Position numbers and translations under genes: made by a program. 64,000 nt of DNA from Guillardia theta CCMP2712 (taxonomy: Eukaryota > Protista > Cryptophyta): positions 62,001 through 126,000 of the forward strand of contig NW_005434612.1 in the NCBI RefSeq assembly GCF_000315625.1, read 5' to 3'. Below, one piece after another: positions 25,334 to 39,800 of the stretch (positions are counted from its first letter, which is position 1; every line of letters begins with the position of its first letter). Under the pieces are notes generated by a model. The model did no database searches, was not told the origin of the DNA, and saw only the letters and a list, made by a program, of their open reading frames with translations.

Positions 25334-28300
25334 GGAGTAGGAAGAGGAGAAGGAGGGAGCAGGAGCAGGAGCAGGAGCAGGAACAGTACGAGGAAAGGGA
25401 AGCCCATGAACAGGTGGAGATGAAATTGACGATGAGTATCTGCAGGAGCTTGCTGGAGAAGATCAAGAGGAGAAACAGTGATGTCACAAGCTTCAGAAAA
25501 GATATAGAGCGGAGCAAGACGCTCCTACATATCAGGAGTGCGTTGAGAGATCTGCCAGCAGAGGTTGAGGAGCAAAGAGACCAACTGCGATGGAGAAGAA
25601 TACAGGTCAGATCTTGGTTCCTGCCTTCTTGAAACTAATGAATGAACTCCGCAGATGCACTCAAGGGAGGAGGAAGCAAAAGATGAGACGAATGCAAACT
25701 TGCAGGAGATTGAGAACCAAGCCAAGTACATTCATCGAAAGAATACATATCATTATCGAACTGTGGAAACTTTGAAGGAGATTGAATCGAAGCTAGAGGT
25801 CGAATTGCAGCGAGTTCAAGCTGAAAACCTCGGGCGACATGGCGTATTGCGAGCGACAAGGAGCGTGCAAAATAGCCTTCTTGTCCGGCAGACACCCGTG
25901 AGCTGCCTTGAAGGTGGCGAATTGAAGAAGGGCAATGGACAAAACCTGTTGGAATCGAAACTTCGTGTCCCTTTGGACCAAGTTCAAGCTTTTTATTCGG
26001 GAGAGGTTTTGAAAATGTCGAAATCTAAGTTGTACAACCACGTTGTAGCAAACAAGAAGATCTGGGCCAGCGTAGAAGTGGGAGAGACTTCAAATGTAAG
26101 CTCCTTTGCAGTCTCATTACAATTTCATGAACCTGACAAGATGCAGATGGAGGGAGATGAAATTTTTCTGCCTCACGGGAGCGGGTTGCTGGAGTTTGAC
26201 ATCAAGCATGCCGAGTCGAAATCTTTCTTCTCTGGAAGGTTTTGGAAAGGAGCACGTATCGCACTGATTTGTTCCTCCTGCCGCTCTTGAGTTTTTGTCC
26301 TCAGGCCGCGGGCTCGGGGTGCAGCTCTGTGCAGATGGTGTTGAGCTTGCTGGGAGTTGGAAAGACGAAACGCTGGAAGGAGGATGCGTGATCTCGTATC
26401 AAAAGAGTACATTTGCTGGGCAGCTAAGGAGCAACGTGTGTCATGGGATCCTTTCACTGGACGGGGGTCAAGACTTCGAGGACTTCTGCAGGTTTGAGAT
26501 GCACTGTTGGTATTGAGACATGGTGACTTGTCGTGCCAACAGATGTACAAAGTTGGAAGAAAATTTTGAGACGGCTACAATCATCCATGGTAACTTCCAG
26601 ATGGTCTGGGAGAGTGGGAGAGGGCTGTCTTTCAAGGAGGATGAGACGGCTGAGGATGGGCGATCAGAGTTGTCTGCGGGCAGTCAGCCGTTAGAGCTAC
26701 CGTTTCAGCATGAGGAGGAAGCAGAAGAGACTGTCTCTGGTCATCACTTTGGGAGCGGAGAGATGAAATCAGACGAGGCGACTCCTGGCAATGAGGAAGG
26801 CAGGGAACTGGAAGCGAGTCAGGACGCTAGACCACCAGGGGAAGATGTCGGTGAAGGCGAAGGAAGCACTTCATCTTCAACATGCACTGACGACATCGAG
26901 ACGATTCTTGAGGTGTCAACAATCACCAGCCCCATCATGTCATCTCCTGTCGTCGAGCGCCGAGACGTCATGTCGGAATCCTATGCAGCCTCCTTCATTC
27001 GACAAGTGCGCAATCTCGGAGAACAAGTCTGCGACGAATGTATGGTGGACGCTAGCGGGACAGTCCAGTCGATTCTCCACCTGCTGAGAAGCGAAGAGGA
27101 CTTGAACTTTGACAACTTACTTCTTTTTCTTTCGGACAAGATTGACAGGAGTGAGATCTCCCTTGTTGAGCTCAGCGACGAGGTGCATGAAGCCTTTGAG
27201 CAGCTCAAGACGATCCTGACGGCTCCTCATCATCGAGACCTGTGGGAGGAATTTGCGGGTGGAGGAGAAGGAACGATAGAAAGCGAACAGGTTGCGCATA
27301 GATCCTCCAGTTTTGATGAGCTCGACGAGCTTCCTTCGGGTAGACCAGCCAGTGAGGCAGGAGAGACTAGAGGAACTTCAGCATCGTCCTATGCTGCTTT
27401 CTCGGATGTGAACTACAAGCAGGATGTAGGGAAGGCGCTGCTGTTCACTTTGAGAGATGGGAGGAGACACAACAGGAAGTTTGAGAGCTCCGACCAGACG
27501 GTTGTCAAATGGCAGAGGTACAAAGAGATTGCGAGGAAAGCTTTCGATGTTGCAAGCGACGCCAACTTTGAAAGCGAGAGAGGGAGGGTCAGGGCAAGGG
27601 CAAGCTTCAAACTGGTATGCGGCTGTTCTCCTCTCCTTGCCTCATCTGATTGTTGTTGTCAATTAGAATGAAGCTCTCAAGAAGAAGACATTGTTCGTCC
27701 ACGATGCTTGCAGAGAGAGGTTGAATGCTTTCACAATCTGCGTTGAGACTATCAAAGGTCTGCCCTTCTTGAAGAACTTTGGAACAGTTTTCTGGTTGCG
27801 AGTGGATGTCTACTTTGAAGAGGAGAACAGGAGGAGGCTGGTGCATCAATGCGACGAGATACTTGTCAAATCTTCGAGTGAGATCTTACTCAACTCCAGC
27901 TTCTCACTGCCCTCGTCATGTTTCGGCGACAGTGACCTTCTCGCGGTGCTGCTCGTGCGGACTTCGGAACCTTCGGGATGGAAAGTCGTTGGAGAGAGCA
28001 GGCTGAGTATTCCCGCAGACAACTGCATGCAGGAAGAAGTCGTCAGCAGGATTATGTTGAGCTACGAGGAGTTACAAGACAACAACAGAACGACAGGGAG
28101 TGAAAGGGAAAGTTTACCATCGACACCAAGTGCGATGTCGCAGATGCTGACTTCCTCTCTTGAGAAATGGCTCAAATTAGTCTATCTGTCGATCGAAGAC
28201 TACATGGTTGAGATCGGAACCGTTGCCGTGGTGTTCCTGTTGTGGAGGAGTCAGGTGAAACAGGCCCGAGACGCGTTCTTGGCCTCCCAAGGAATCTTCT

Positions 28301-31300
28301 GTGGGGTCAAGCGCGAGGAGAGCGTCAGAGACAAGACTCGATTCATGGGTAGTTACTTGACCTGTAGCCTGCGAAGAGGGAGACGAGAGGCGACGGGGTT
28401 GTCAAAGTCACGGCAAGTTCAGTTTGCAAAGGAGGGAGCTCAGCTGGAGTCGTACGTTGAGAGCTCCTTCACAGTGATGTTCGATGTGTTGGAGATGTTG
28501 AAGCATCTGCAGACGTTTTTCCTCCGCCTATCCTCTCGCGCCGACAAGAACTCATCCATCCCGCTGCGCACGGAGGAGAAGCACGTCAAACACGCCATGA
28601 TGTTCAGTTACAAACTCTGCATTGACAACCTCGAGGTCATCGGATCGAACCCACTCTATGAGCGAACTCTGCTGTGTGCGTGTCTGGCCAATAGGAAGAT
28701 TGTCGAACAAGTCACACTGACAAGTGTTCCTGGCCATTCGAGAAACTTTTCTGTGAAGATCGAGATTTTCTCCTTGTTCGAAGGAATACATATCAGACGT
28801 CAGTTGTCGTCACCAGAAATCCGATTGCAAGCTGTGCAGGGCAAAGAGAAAGAGAGAATTTATCTTCCCGTGTTCGACGATGATAGTCTGATTGACGTCA
28901 CAATCATCATCGAGGGAATTTCCTTCCCTTCTTTTGCTGTCCCCTCAAACATGTCGAAAGTTGTCTCATGCAAACTCTCACGGTCGGACAACCTTTTGTT
29001 TTCTGCAAGGGAATTTTCTGCATGCTCAGACGAACTCTGGAATGAGACATTTACAGAGACAGTGAGCTGGAAGACGTGCAGAGAAAAGCTCGATCTTTCT
29101 TTGTCGATGAAAGATGAGAAGTCAGGCGAGGACTCATCACCACAAGTGATTGGAGGGGCTTCTTTCACCCTGCATGATATTCCCATCGGAGAACATTTCA
29201 GCCGAATGTTGAAGGTGCAGGCGACGACAGGGGAGAATCTTTCTCAGATCTCCACTTGCCTCCTCCACCTCTCCATCTTGCTCTCTCCGAAGCCTCTGGA
29301 CTGCATGGGATTCCTTGAGATTTCGCCTCACCATATCAGCCCCAAGGCGCCCTCGAGAAGCAAGAAGGCTGGTGGGTTTGGAGACACTCGACATTCTCGC
29401 CAACAGACGCCGACGGCTCGAAATTTCTCTGTGATGGTACACGAGGTTGTGAAGGCAAACCAGCAGGTGCTTACAGACAGACAACCTTGCGCCGTCAGTG
29501 TCATCGACCTTGCAGGGAGATTGCTATCTCAAACGAGAATGTCAGAAGATAAGTGGGATGAAAATCTCTCTCTGCCGCATCAACTTCCGTCGACTCTGTT
29601 TCTTGTCCTTCATCATTCCACTCAGGTTGGTGAAGATGCTAGTTTGCTGCTCACAATCTACATCAACCAGCTTTCATTGCCTGCATCTATTTCCCAGAAA
29701 CAAACATTCTTCTTCCTGACCGCAGAGCTCGACGGAGCTGAGTTGGGAAGGAGCAGAAGTCGACTGATGACTTCACAAATGATCGATGAAACTTTCAAGG
29801 TGATGATTCAAAGAAAGGATCTTGACTTGAACAAACTCACTGTCTCCGCCACTCTGGTCGTCGAGGGGCTGAAGTTCTCTGGTTCGTCAGACCTGCCGGT
29901 GTCAATCGGGATGTTTGCCGACCAACAAATCCGTTTCACTTGTCAAAGTCAGCCGCACGATGGAGAAGCTCCAACGGACGTCATGGGCGTGTCAACCGTC
30001 GAGACCATCTTGCAAGTGAGCGTCTCTCTCTTCAAGGACGTGAAGACTTCGAAAGATTTCTGGAGGACTGCCGTCGGAACTTCGTCGTTACATCTCGGCC
30101 GCTACCAGCAGATCGTCCAGTCCCCACAGAAAGACAACACTGAAATAGCTACCCTCCTCCTCCCCCTCTCAACTCATCACCTCCCTCCTCGCTCCCCCCT
30201 CGTCCTCTCAATATTCCTTCACAGGGCGATCGGGCTGCGGGCAGCCGATCGCAACGGGCTGTCGGACCCCTACGTTACGATCTCCCTTGTCGACGCGCGA
30301 GACCCGAAGCTCGTTCTCGTCGGGCCGGAGAGAACGAGGACGGTGATGAAGAGTCTGTGCCCAATCTGGGAGCAGCTGATTGAGCTCCCTCTCAAATCCT
30401 TGGATGCCGACCTCGTCATAGAGGTCTACGACCATGACGTTGGCCCATTGAATGACGACTTGATCGGCAAGCTTGTCATTCCTGCGTTCGCACTCGACGA
30501 CTTGGTTCATGACAGGTTCGGCGGAGCGATTGCTCGACATGGTGTGTTCACAACAAGACGAGTCCTCCAGCAGACAATTGACGTCCAACGAGATGTAACT
30601 GTTAAGAGCAAGAAAGTCTTCTCAGAGGCATACGATCCCAGGTGAGCAGCTAGAGTCTCTTGTCAAATTTTTTTCTCTTGTCAAATCTTTGCCTTCTGTC
30701 CAATCTTGTCCATTTTCCACTCCGTGTTGACTGGCGATTGCAGGATAAGGAGGTATAGGATCACTTCGTCAGAGGTGAAGACGGAAAGAAATTTGCAGTC
30801 ACCATCGGTCAAAGTGGCGCCTCCAGATCAGCGACCGTCGAGCTCGGGCAAGTGTGTAACTGAGCGAGAGAGGATCTCGATCGACGACTTGACGTCCCTT
30901 GACCACGACGATCTCTGCTTCTATCCCATCGAGACGTTCCAGACTCGAGAGCCGCGAGAGGCGTTCATGACCTCCGGCAACTTCACCCTCCAGGTCTGCA
31001 AAGCAGAGCACCTGCCAAAGATGGACACGTTTGGGAGCTGCGATCCATACTGTGTCATTCAGTATGGAGGGCAAACCAAGAAAACAAGTGTCAAACACGG
31101 CCAGTACGACCCAGTGTGGATGGAGAACTTCAGGTTGTGGTATCAGGAGAAGGTGGAACTAGTTGTCAAGGTGTATGATCATGATCTCGTGGGCTCACAT
31201 GACGAGATTGGAGAAGCTGTGATATCAGCGAGTCTGTTGTCTCAGATCCTGACCAAGACAGAAAGCAGACAGCTGGAGATGAAAGTGATGAAGAAGAAGA

Positions 31301-34300
31301 AGATTGTGGTGGGGCACGATTCTGATCACTCAATGATCACGCTCATGTTTGCAAACAAGCGCTTCCCAGCCTTGGACGAGATCTTCAGCAGCAGCAGAGA
31401 CTTTGACCTCCACCATTTGCACAACGACACTCTAGTCCCTGCCGGAAGAATCCAGATGACCGTCAATATCAGAGCCGAAGATTCGGACCTGTCGTTCGAT
31501 CGAACAACCTCTGCAATCCCATCGCTCCGGTTGAGTTTGCGCAACCTGAGCTCTGCTGACGTGGAGGAGCCTTTGGCGAGGACGGCGGTAGATGACAACT
31601 CGAGTGACAACTCGGGAGTCTACGAACTGCAACTTGTCCAGCTGAAGAGTCTTGTCAACTTTACTCACAATTATTCGCTTGTCAAACTTGTGCTGTCCAC
31701 TGAGAGCGAAAGACCAGCAGGTTCCCAGCATCAGCTATCACAAACTTTCACTGTATCCGTGACGGGTCAAATTCTTGCCGACTCCCAGCCATTTGCTTTC
31801 ATCGCTTCCGTCAGGACAGCGGAGGGTCAGAGCAGTCAAACTCTCAACACCCGCATGCTCGGAGATCGCTCCTTCGTCTCCACCGCATCGTTCGCCGCAG
31901 CTGCCGACGACTCTGCGATCACCCTGCACGTGTACGATCACAAGACACAAGTTCAAATCGCTGACTTCTCCCTCGACCTTGAGTCAGGAACGGCCCCTCA
32001 GATGCTGGACCGACTTGTCTCCTTTGACTCGTTCCCTCCCACCTCGGATCAGTCGAGACACACGCTAAGAGTGGAGGTGACGGCAGGGAGTGACTCTTCC
32101 TCTAAAGAGATCACGATCGCATCCGATCGCCTCGGGCTGATCCTTGAGGAGACGCAGAAGCTTCGAGCAGGCCTCTCCTCTAGGTTCCTTCATCTCAGGC
32201 TCATCGCAGTGCAACGGACGGAGAGGAGAAGCTTTCTCAACATGCTGCAGGAGAGCTCTCAAGAGATCACACTTGCAAGTGCGAGGTTGGACCTCAGCAG
32301 GGTCCCCCTGAGGCAGACAGTGCATGGATGGCTGCAGCTTCACAGGAACGGAGTCTTTCAAGAGTCGGACGTGTCGGTACGGCTGCTGTCCTGCCGGGGG
32401 CTGAAGCAGCAACGGTCGAGTCCCCCGCAGACCCGATGTATCGTCCGTCTTATCCTCTCCTCTCCCTCCCTCACCTCCTCCCAAGAGTTCCAGACGTGTG
32501 AAGTGAAGGGGAACAACCCTCAGTTCGATCAGAGCTTCGTCTTCCACAACGTCCGTCACGTCTCCAGACAAGAGCTGCTCGACGACACGGCTCACTGTCA
32601 TGGTCTGGACGCCTTCTTGCACGTCATGGTGTTCCACTCGGGCAAGCGGAGGATGATCAGCACAGGAAGGAGGGGAGGAAGGTGAGGAAGAGGAGGAGGA
32701 GGAGGAGGAGGAGGAGGAGAAGGAGGAGGAGGAGAGACAAGGCCTAACAACAGCACTGCAGGTTCATGGGCCAGACTTTCATCCCGTTGGGGAAGATGGA
32801 GAGTTTCAGAGACGAGGAGTCGCAAGGAGGAGGGTCAAACGTCAAACAAGTCGTCGGGGTGCGAGAGCGATGGTACCCGCTCTTCGGAAGGGGCAAGACG
32901 TCTGATCGCATGGAGACGTCAACGAGCAAGAGGGTAGAGAGTGAGCCTCATGGAGCTGTTCGCCTTGTAAGCGCTCGGGTGAGAGGTGTGAAGTTCTCTC
33001 ACCTCGTCTCTTGACAGGCTGTGAGTCTTCCCGAGCGATCATGGCTGGACCCTTCCCTCCTTGTCAACCTTGTTTGTCAATCGCGGTCTCTCGCTGAGCG
33101 ACACGTGGCCAACTCTGCGCTGGTTGAGGAGTGCAGCATGCTCAATATGAGTCTGCTCAACCTCAACGTCGTTGCCTGCTCGGAGCTCAAGGTGGAGGCG
33201 AAGCAGGTTCAGACGAGCTTGTTGTGTGTGTGTCACGTGGGGATGAAGGAGATCGCAACAAAGAAGATCAAGACTGACAGGGATGTGATTTGGAACGACA
33301 AATTCTCTCTCCCCATCGAGAGAGGAGCAAGTCATGTGGTCAGGGTCGACCTGGTCCAAGAGACCAACAGAGGGCAGCAGGAGATCATCGGCTCGACCAT
33401 TGTCAACCTGAGATCCTTCGATCCTTTCAAGTGGCATGACCAATGGTTCGCGCTGGAGGGAGAGCGAGAGTCTGTCTGCTCCGTCCTAAGGGTACAAGTC
33501 CGGCAGGCCTGCCACCTCCCTGCCATGGATCGCAACGGCAAGTCAGATCCCTACTGTATCCTTCAAGTGGTGGACGGGGACTCACCGCTGCAGAAGGGCT
33601 CAATGCTAGCGAGTCTTTTCAGCGACAGCGACAGTCAGAAGACCAAGATCGTCTCGAGTTGCCTTGATCCAGTATGGAACGAGTCCTTCCTGTTCAGAGT
33701 CTCGAGGTCTGTGGGCATCGCCCTGCTGACCTTCAGCTGACCCTCTCGCAGCCCGTCCGCGAAGTTGCAGCTATTGTGCTACGATCATGACACGGTCGGC
33801 AGACACGATCTGATCGGTGAGAGCGTAATCGACATTGCAAGCCTGCAGCCTTTCGAAGATGTGTCGAGATGGGTACAACTGTACACGCCTGATGGCGAGA
33901 AGCTTCACGGAGAGAGCGAGGAGGTGAGAGACAAGAAGGAGACCAGAAATTGATTTCCTCATCGTTGTCTTTAGGAGAGCAAGGTGTACCTGCAGTTCTA
34001 TCTTTCCAAGGCAAACAAAGATTACTTCTCCATGGGCTATCTCAGACTTGCCTTTGAGGTTGTGTCATTCCGTCCTGTGTGGCTGACTCGACTTGACACT
34101 GTCCAGTTGACACCCGCGTCAAGCGCTGAGGACGTGGAGGACGAGGGGAAGGAGGAGCAGGTTCAGAGCTTGCATGCGATGGAAGAAAAGATCGAGACGA
34201 GAGTGAGTTGATATGATTTCCTTCATCGTTGTCATTCACATCCTTGGCAGCTGTCAGAGTTCGGTTCGGACGATCGACAAGTAAAGGAGAACCTTCACTC

Positions 34301-34352
34301 CTCTCAAGCGTATCTGTCCTGGGCGAGACGAGCTCTTAGCAACTACTTTTGA
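25099..34352 (+). CDS. Very large multi-C2-domain protein with possible MORN-like repeats near the N-terminus; start and exon structure approximate
   Basis: Consecutive + strand ORFs separated by short introns. At least three Ca-binding-type C2 domains (LRAADRNGLSDPYV...VYDHDVGPLNDDLIG; LPKMDTFGSCDPYC...VYDHDLVGSHDEIG; LPAMDRNGKSDPYC...CYDHDTVGRHDLIG). PHGSG/GRG/CHG spacing near 26.2-26.5 kb is MORN-like. It could be more than one gene. Confidence 0.75.
25108..25382. repeat. Compound microsatellite (GAT)n/(GATGGT)n/(CAG)n/(GGAGCA)n
   Basis: Directly visible. Confidence 0.95.
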
Positions 34353-34397
34353 TTTCAAACCCTGTACCCGAATGTATGCAAAGCGCTGCTCAGATTT

Positions 34398-36293
34398 TTA
34401 ATTTCTTACAAGAGAGGGGATTCAGATTGTTCGAATAGTTCGTGAGCGCGAAAATATAACTTTCTTACAGCCGACTTCAATCTTGATAATACGAGCATTT
34501 ATGAATGTTAACAATACAACAAAGACGAAAACCACGTTGTCTCAACGCGATCAAAGATCAAAGTTTACGACTTCTTGCAATGATTGCGTTCTCCGAGGTT
34601 CGTCGCCGTGAAGTATCGCAGACATGCGACGATCGCTGTAAAACATGTACAATCAAAATGACAAACTCGTCCATAAGATTCCAAGAGACCTGTCGATTGC
34701 GATCCAATCACAGGCAAATTCTTCATGACTCTCTGAAATGCTTCCTTCACAACTTGCTGTCTCAATAAAATCTGCTGCTGGGTTCGACGACTCTTGCATT
34801 TCTGCAGAGAGATCTGGTTGAAACTTTGTCAGAAATATCTCTCATCTTCATGTAGATCTACAAACCTGGTTGGTTTGTTGCAGCATTGTGTGCGCAACTT
34901 GGACTTCTAGAACAACATATTGTTGTCATTGCAATCCCGAGAAAACAAAAACAAAAACAAAAACAAAAACAACTCACTCCGCTGCTTCTGATGTGTGTAC
35001 AGGATGCACAACCTTCACCTCAATCGAGAAATTTTCTGAGTTTTGCTGTCGACTGCTGACAAGTTGCTGAGGAAGACATGAGGGAGCTTAGTAATGGTTG
35101 CAGCTTATCTTACGTCACGGTTCTCGATGCTCTCAAGATGCCCAGGCTGGCGGAGTGGAGCAGAGGAGCTTCTCAAGATTGGAGCACACTGTCGTAGGTA
35201 GACCCGCTCTCTCAGAGAACAAGTTCCAAACCTGAATGAAAGCAGGAACCATCACAAACAGACGAGGACGAGACTTAGAATTGCCATTGGGCTTTAGTTC
35301 TATTCGTCTGCCTCCCCCCTATCGATCGTCCCTGTAGTGATCGTAAGTTACAACTTTCGCTTGCAGAGAGAGAACAGACCTCCCAGGCTTGAAAGTTTCC
35401 TGACGAGTCTTGTCTTCCGATGATCTTCTGCTCGAGCAATTGAATTGCGTTCACGTTGGAAACGATACTCACTCGGCTTGTTGAATGATTCTGTCGCGCG
35501 GAATTTTCTCGCAAGAGGATTTGGCTGTCGTGACTGACTTGTGGGAGAATGTTTTTCGATGACAGACGCTTTCAAGATGACAACATTCAGGGAATTCACT
35601 AGGATCATTCGAGCATGATCATACCTTCTCTTCCCCTCCGTCTGCTTGCTTGCTTTGTTGTTTCTTGAACTCTCGGATGTATCTGGTGAAAGTATCGACC
35701 ATCTCAACACCTGACATAAACAAGCAAAGCAGGAAAGAACCTCTTCAGAGAGACATCTGTTCTTTCAATCTGCCTCTGACAAACAGCATCTCTCTCACGA
35801 TGAGAAGAGCCGATAAGAATCTTGTCGATGCTGCCCTTGAACAGCTTGGCAAACCTCTCCGAATTCTTTTCTGCTGCTCTCATGGAGTCGTAGGTCTGCT
35901 TTCCTATCAGCTGATGGCCGCTGGATTGAGAGATTGCCACTGCATTCCCAAACGCTGTTGATAAGTTGAACTCCACATGCTTGTAAAACGTCAGACAAGG
36001 CAAACTGAACGACCGGCTACCTCCAGGCCGTAGAGTTGAGACCTTAGTCTGTCAAACTTGTCTTGGTGTTCGATGGGCTCTAGGCGTTTCATGGAGCTTC
36101 TTAGTATCATCTCGCTTGTTCTCTGCCTGAGTCCAATCGAAACCTTTCAAAGTAAAATATCAACAAAAATGGCTGGCATGAACCTTACACAAGTTATGAG
36201 CAATGGACAAGGATATTGCACAACCGCAGTGTTGCTCTTCAAACTTCTCTCTCTCCTCTGTGATGTCCTACTTCTCATCTTCTCTTCCAACAT
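34398..36293 (-). CDS. Hypothetical multi-exon protein; its 5' half is duplicated at 45987-47326
   Basis: A series of short minus-strand coding-like segments with intron-like spacers. No family recognised, boundaries approximate. Confidence 0.45.
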
Positions 36294-36556
36294 TCTCACG
36301 CTTCTGTTTCAACACCCTCTCTGAAATAACCTTTATTTGACTGAAAAAGAAGGACAAAATGAACAACTGCCTCAAAAAAACCAAACAACGGAAAAAAAAG
36401 GTCAAATTGCGGATGTGATGATGCTTTAGTTGTCTTTTTTATCTTTTACAGTGACTCAGTCTATCGGACTTGTACTAGGGTAACAGGAGACTCGTGCTCC
36501 TTGAATTCCTCGTACTTCTACTATGCGGTTGAGTAAAGCTTCTCCCTTTCTTGCCC
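35256..36556. repeat. 1.3-kb direct repeat, copy A
   Basis: Near-identical to 45987-47326 from AAACAGA.GAGGACGAGACTTAG to TTCTCCCTTTCTTGCCC. The same ORF set appears twice in the track. Confidence 0.95.
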
Positions 36557-36862
36557 AGCCGAAAGTCACTCTTCTTCTCTCAATGAGAATCAGCAAGACG
36601 GGTCCGGAATGATTTAAGTACGAGAGTATTAGTGTCGAGTAGTTGTTTACTCATTGGTGTCTCTGCAAAACAGTTGATAAACCCACTGCTTTGCCCTTAT
36701 TCTCCGTTACAGGCTGCTTCGTTTGTGTTGACATCTTACGTCCAACCTGATCTGCTCTGATTATTTTTGGAAGTTCTACTCTGATTATTTTTGTAAGTTC
36801 GTGCGGCACAGCCAAGTCACACATTCGACTATCATGTTGATTTCCTGAGATTGCTTGAAGGT

Positions 36863-39800
36863 TTACTTTTTGTTCCTGCCTGTGCCATCCATTTTCTTCT
36901 TCTTTGTGACTTGCGTCTCTTTGTCCTAATGAAATACCATCACATCGCGTCAGTCATCGGACTTTCTAACCTCATCGTCTCCTCGCTTTCGACTTCTTGA
37001 TGTTTGCTGCTGTGGCTGATGTTTTTCTTCCTTTGCTGCAGTGGCGTGAGATACAAGCGGACAATCATGTCAAGCAGAAAGTGTCTCTTACCTGACTTCA
37101 CCAGCACGTCACAAGGCTTGGAAGCGATCGGAGGTCCTGCATACGAGGGTCTCGAGTCGACAAACTCAGCCGAGACCTGATGACTCCCGATCTCGCTGAG
37201 AGAGAAGGTGACGTGTACGCAGTTGCCGTCGAAGGTCTTGTACGACATGGGTATCCTCTGCTTTTCACAGTACAGCCTCACATCCGGCATGGTACTCGTA
37301 GACCAGTCGTCGAGCTTTCTTTGGTCTTCGGTGTGGAGTTGGATCAAAGCTTCGAAGTCTGCTGCTGCAAGAGCTGAGCCTTGTGCGTACTCAAGATGTT
37401 TCTGTCGGTCTTTCACCGTCATCGCGATCTGAATGACGGAGTTCCTAGCAGTGACGATGACATTGAAGGTGAACATCTGTACTCGTTTTGACAAGATTTT
37501 AGGGAAATACTCTCCAGCTGGAAGGGCTGGAATCGTGCTGAGCTTGAAAGCATCTCCCCTTGACTCATCTGATACTTTCTCAAGCTCCCTGCTCTGTTTG
37601 CCTACCTGCAGTATCAGCGGCTGATCCCATGCGGCTGACAAGTTGTTGTCCACACTGTCTGTAACGATGAACCTGATGTCACATTCGTACTCCGCCATGC
37701 TGGGGACCGAGAGGTTGACGAACGCTTGGCAGTCTGGCTGTACGCATATCTTGTACGGATCACCAGCTTTCAGGTCCAAGTCCAGCTCGATGGGCTTCAA
37801 GTTGTAACACTTTGTGCCACCTATACCTGTTTTCACGTTGAGCTTCAGCCCAAGCTTGAGCGTGCCCTTGGAGGGTTTACAGCGAATGAAAGCATTCCTT
37901 ACAGTGATCTTAGAGCCTTTGATCGTGATGTTCCTAAGGGCATCTTTGCCTTCTACCACTTTGCGGAAGTCGTCAGATAAAGTGACCGGGACCTCAAACC
38001 CATCTTCGCACGTGAAAGTGAACGAAGATATTTCGTCAGGATGTTGGTTAGTTATCGGTTCGATGTCGTATCCATCTCGATCCACTATGACTCCTTCCAA
38101 CGTGAACAAGTCTCCTGCTTTGATGCAAGAGGTGTTTCGTGGTAGAGAAATCTTCAGCTTCTCAGGCTCTCCGGGGGTTACCAGGACGTCAAGTTGGTAC
38201 TGAAACAGTCGCGTCTCCTCTGTCTTCGTCTGCTTCGAGCCTGCACAGGAGAAGACCGAGATGGTCTGCTTGGAATTAGATCGTACGTGCAACGGAGGCA
38301 GTGCAAAGACTTGTTCCTGACCGGCTTCATAGACTGGCAGCTGTGCATTCATCCAGCTCATTTCTACTTTCAAGTTTGACCTGCCGTCCGCAAAGTGCTG
38401 GCAGGGCTGGTTTGTCTCGTCAGCAGCCACAAGGTACAAATCTGATATCTTGTCGTTGTGCCGTGCGTTGAACGACACTGCTGCATTGTTGAGAGCCAAC
38501 TCGACTCCTGATCGGAAGAGCTTCATGCGCCTGGGAGTTCCGCTCGGCTTCAGGGGACGTGAGAACCTCTGATGCAAGATCGTCGTCTCGGTCTCGTGGA
38601 TGACATCTAAAGTCGCTTGAAGGCTCCGGGGAAACTCGTCGGAGTTGCAGAAGAACACATTGTCTGCCATCACATCAAGATCCAAAGTGTGCCGGAGGGA
38701 ATCGTGAAACACAAGGCAACGACCCGAGATGGCTTCTGGATTGAGCCTTTCAGCATCAGGTGCTTCGTTGTGTAAGAGTAAGCGAGGATGATCACTGCTC
38801 TCCGAGAAGTATTCAACATAGATTTCAGTCTCCGAAGATTGCTCGAAAATAGACTTGATCTGTCCAAACAACCGAACCTTAGGCCTTGTCTTACGACGTG
38901 CTCCAACGCCCAATTCTTGCTCCGCGATGAGCAATACACAATCCCCTGTTTGAAAGAAGCCATGCTCCCTGTGAAATACCCCGACCGGAGCGACTTGCTT
39001 GAGTATCATTTCTCTCCATCGACCCACGTCTGCCACGTCTGCTTCACTGACTACCGTCTGAGCTGTTGCCGTACCATTCGAGAACAAAGAGCTCGCACAC
39101 GAGCAGGTCAGGCGACATCTCCCTTTCCTTATCTTGTTTTCATTCCGCTGGCTCTCGCCGTGAAGCAGGAGGTCCGGGCTCATCACCACGAGCTTGCCTT
39201 GGTTTCCGTCGCACATGTTCCCGCTCGCGTCTTGAATGCTGACGTCGACTGGCCCGAGCTGTTGGTAGTTGATATACTCCTCCCAGTCAGCGTCGCACTG
39301 TATGGACGATGGCTGCCCATGCTGGACTTTGATCGAGACATTGAGCTCAACGACCTTCTGCTGATGAATGTCTGTGATGACTATGCGAGCAGGATACGTC
39401 CCGACGCCCCCATGAAGCACGCAGAGGTCTTGGATCCTTATGCTCCCAGCGTACTCAGGCGTGAAGGATAGCGAGACATCTTGAGCCCGAGCCTTGTCTA
39501 CCAGAATGTCAAGCGTGTGGACGCCGAGCTGGAGATCGATGCTATTGTTGTATTTGTCGTGCACCTGTACTTCTAAGGAGGTCGTTTGCCCGAGCTCACA
39601 ATGGATGCTCGGAGTGTCTGGTCTGAGCGATACCTTGTGCATCTCTGCTGGGGTGATGTAGAACGTCTCGGGCTCGCACGTGAACGGCGTCTGACCTGCA
39701 GCTGGCTCGAGGGACATCGTATACTGGCCTGCGACAGTCGCGAGCTTCTTCACTATCTTGTCAGGAAAAGACAGATGCCCATTGGACACTTCGAAGCTTT

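Noticed and set aside
25047-25517. Poly-His, poly-Met/Val and poly-Ser-Pro ORFs
   Set aside because: These are alternative frames of the (GAT/GGT)n microsatellite. At most the Asp/Gly frame is coding.
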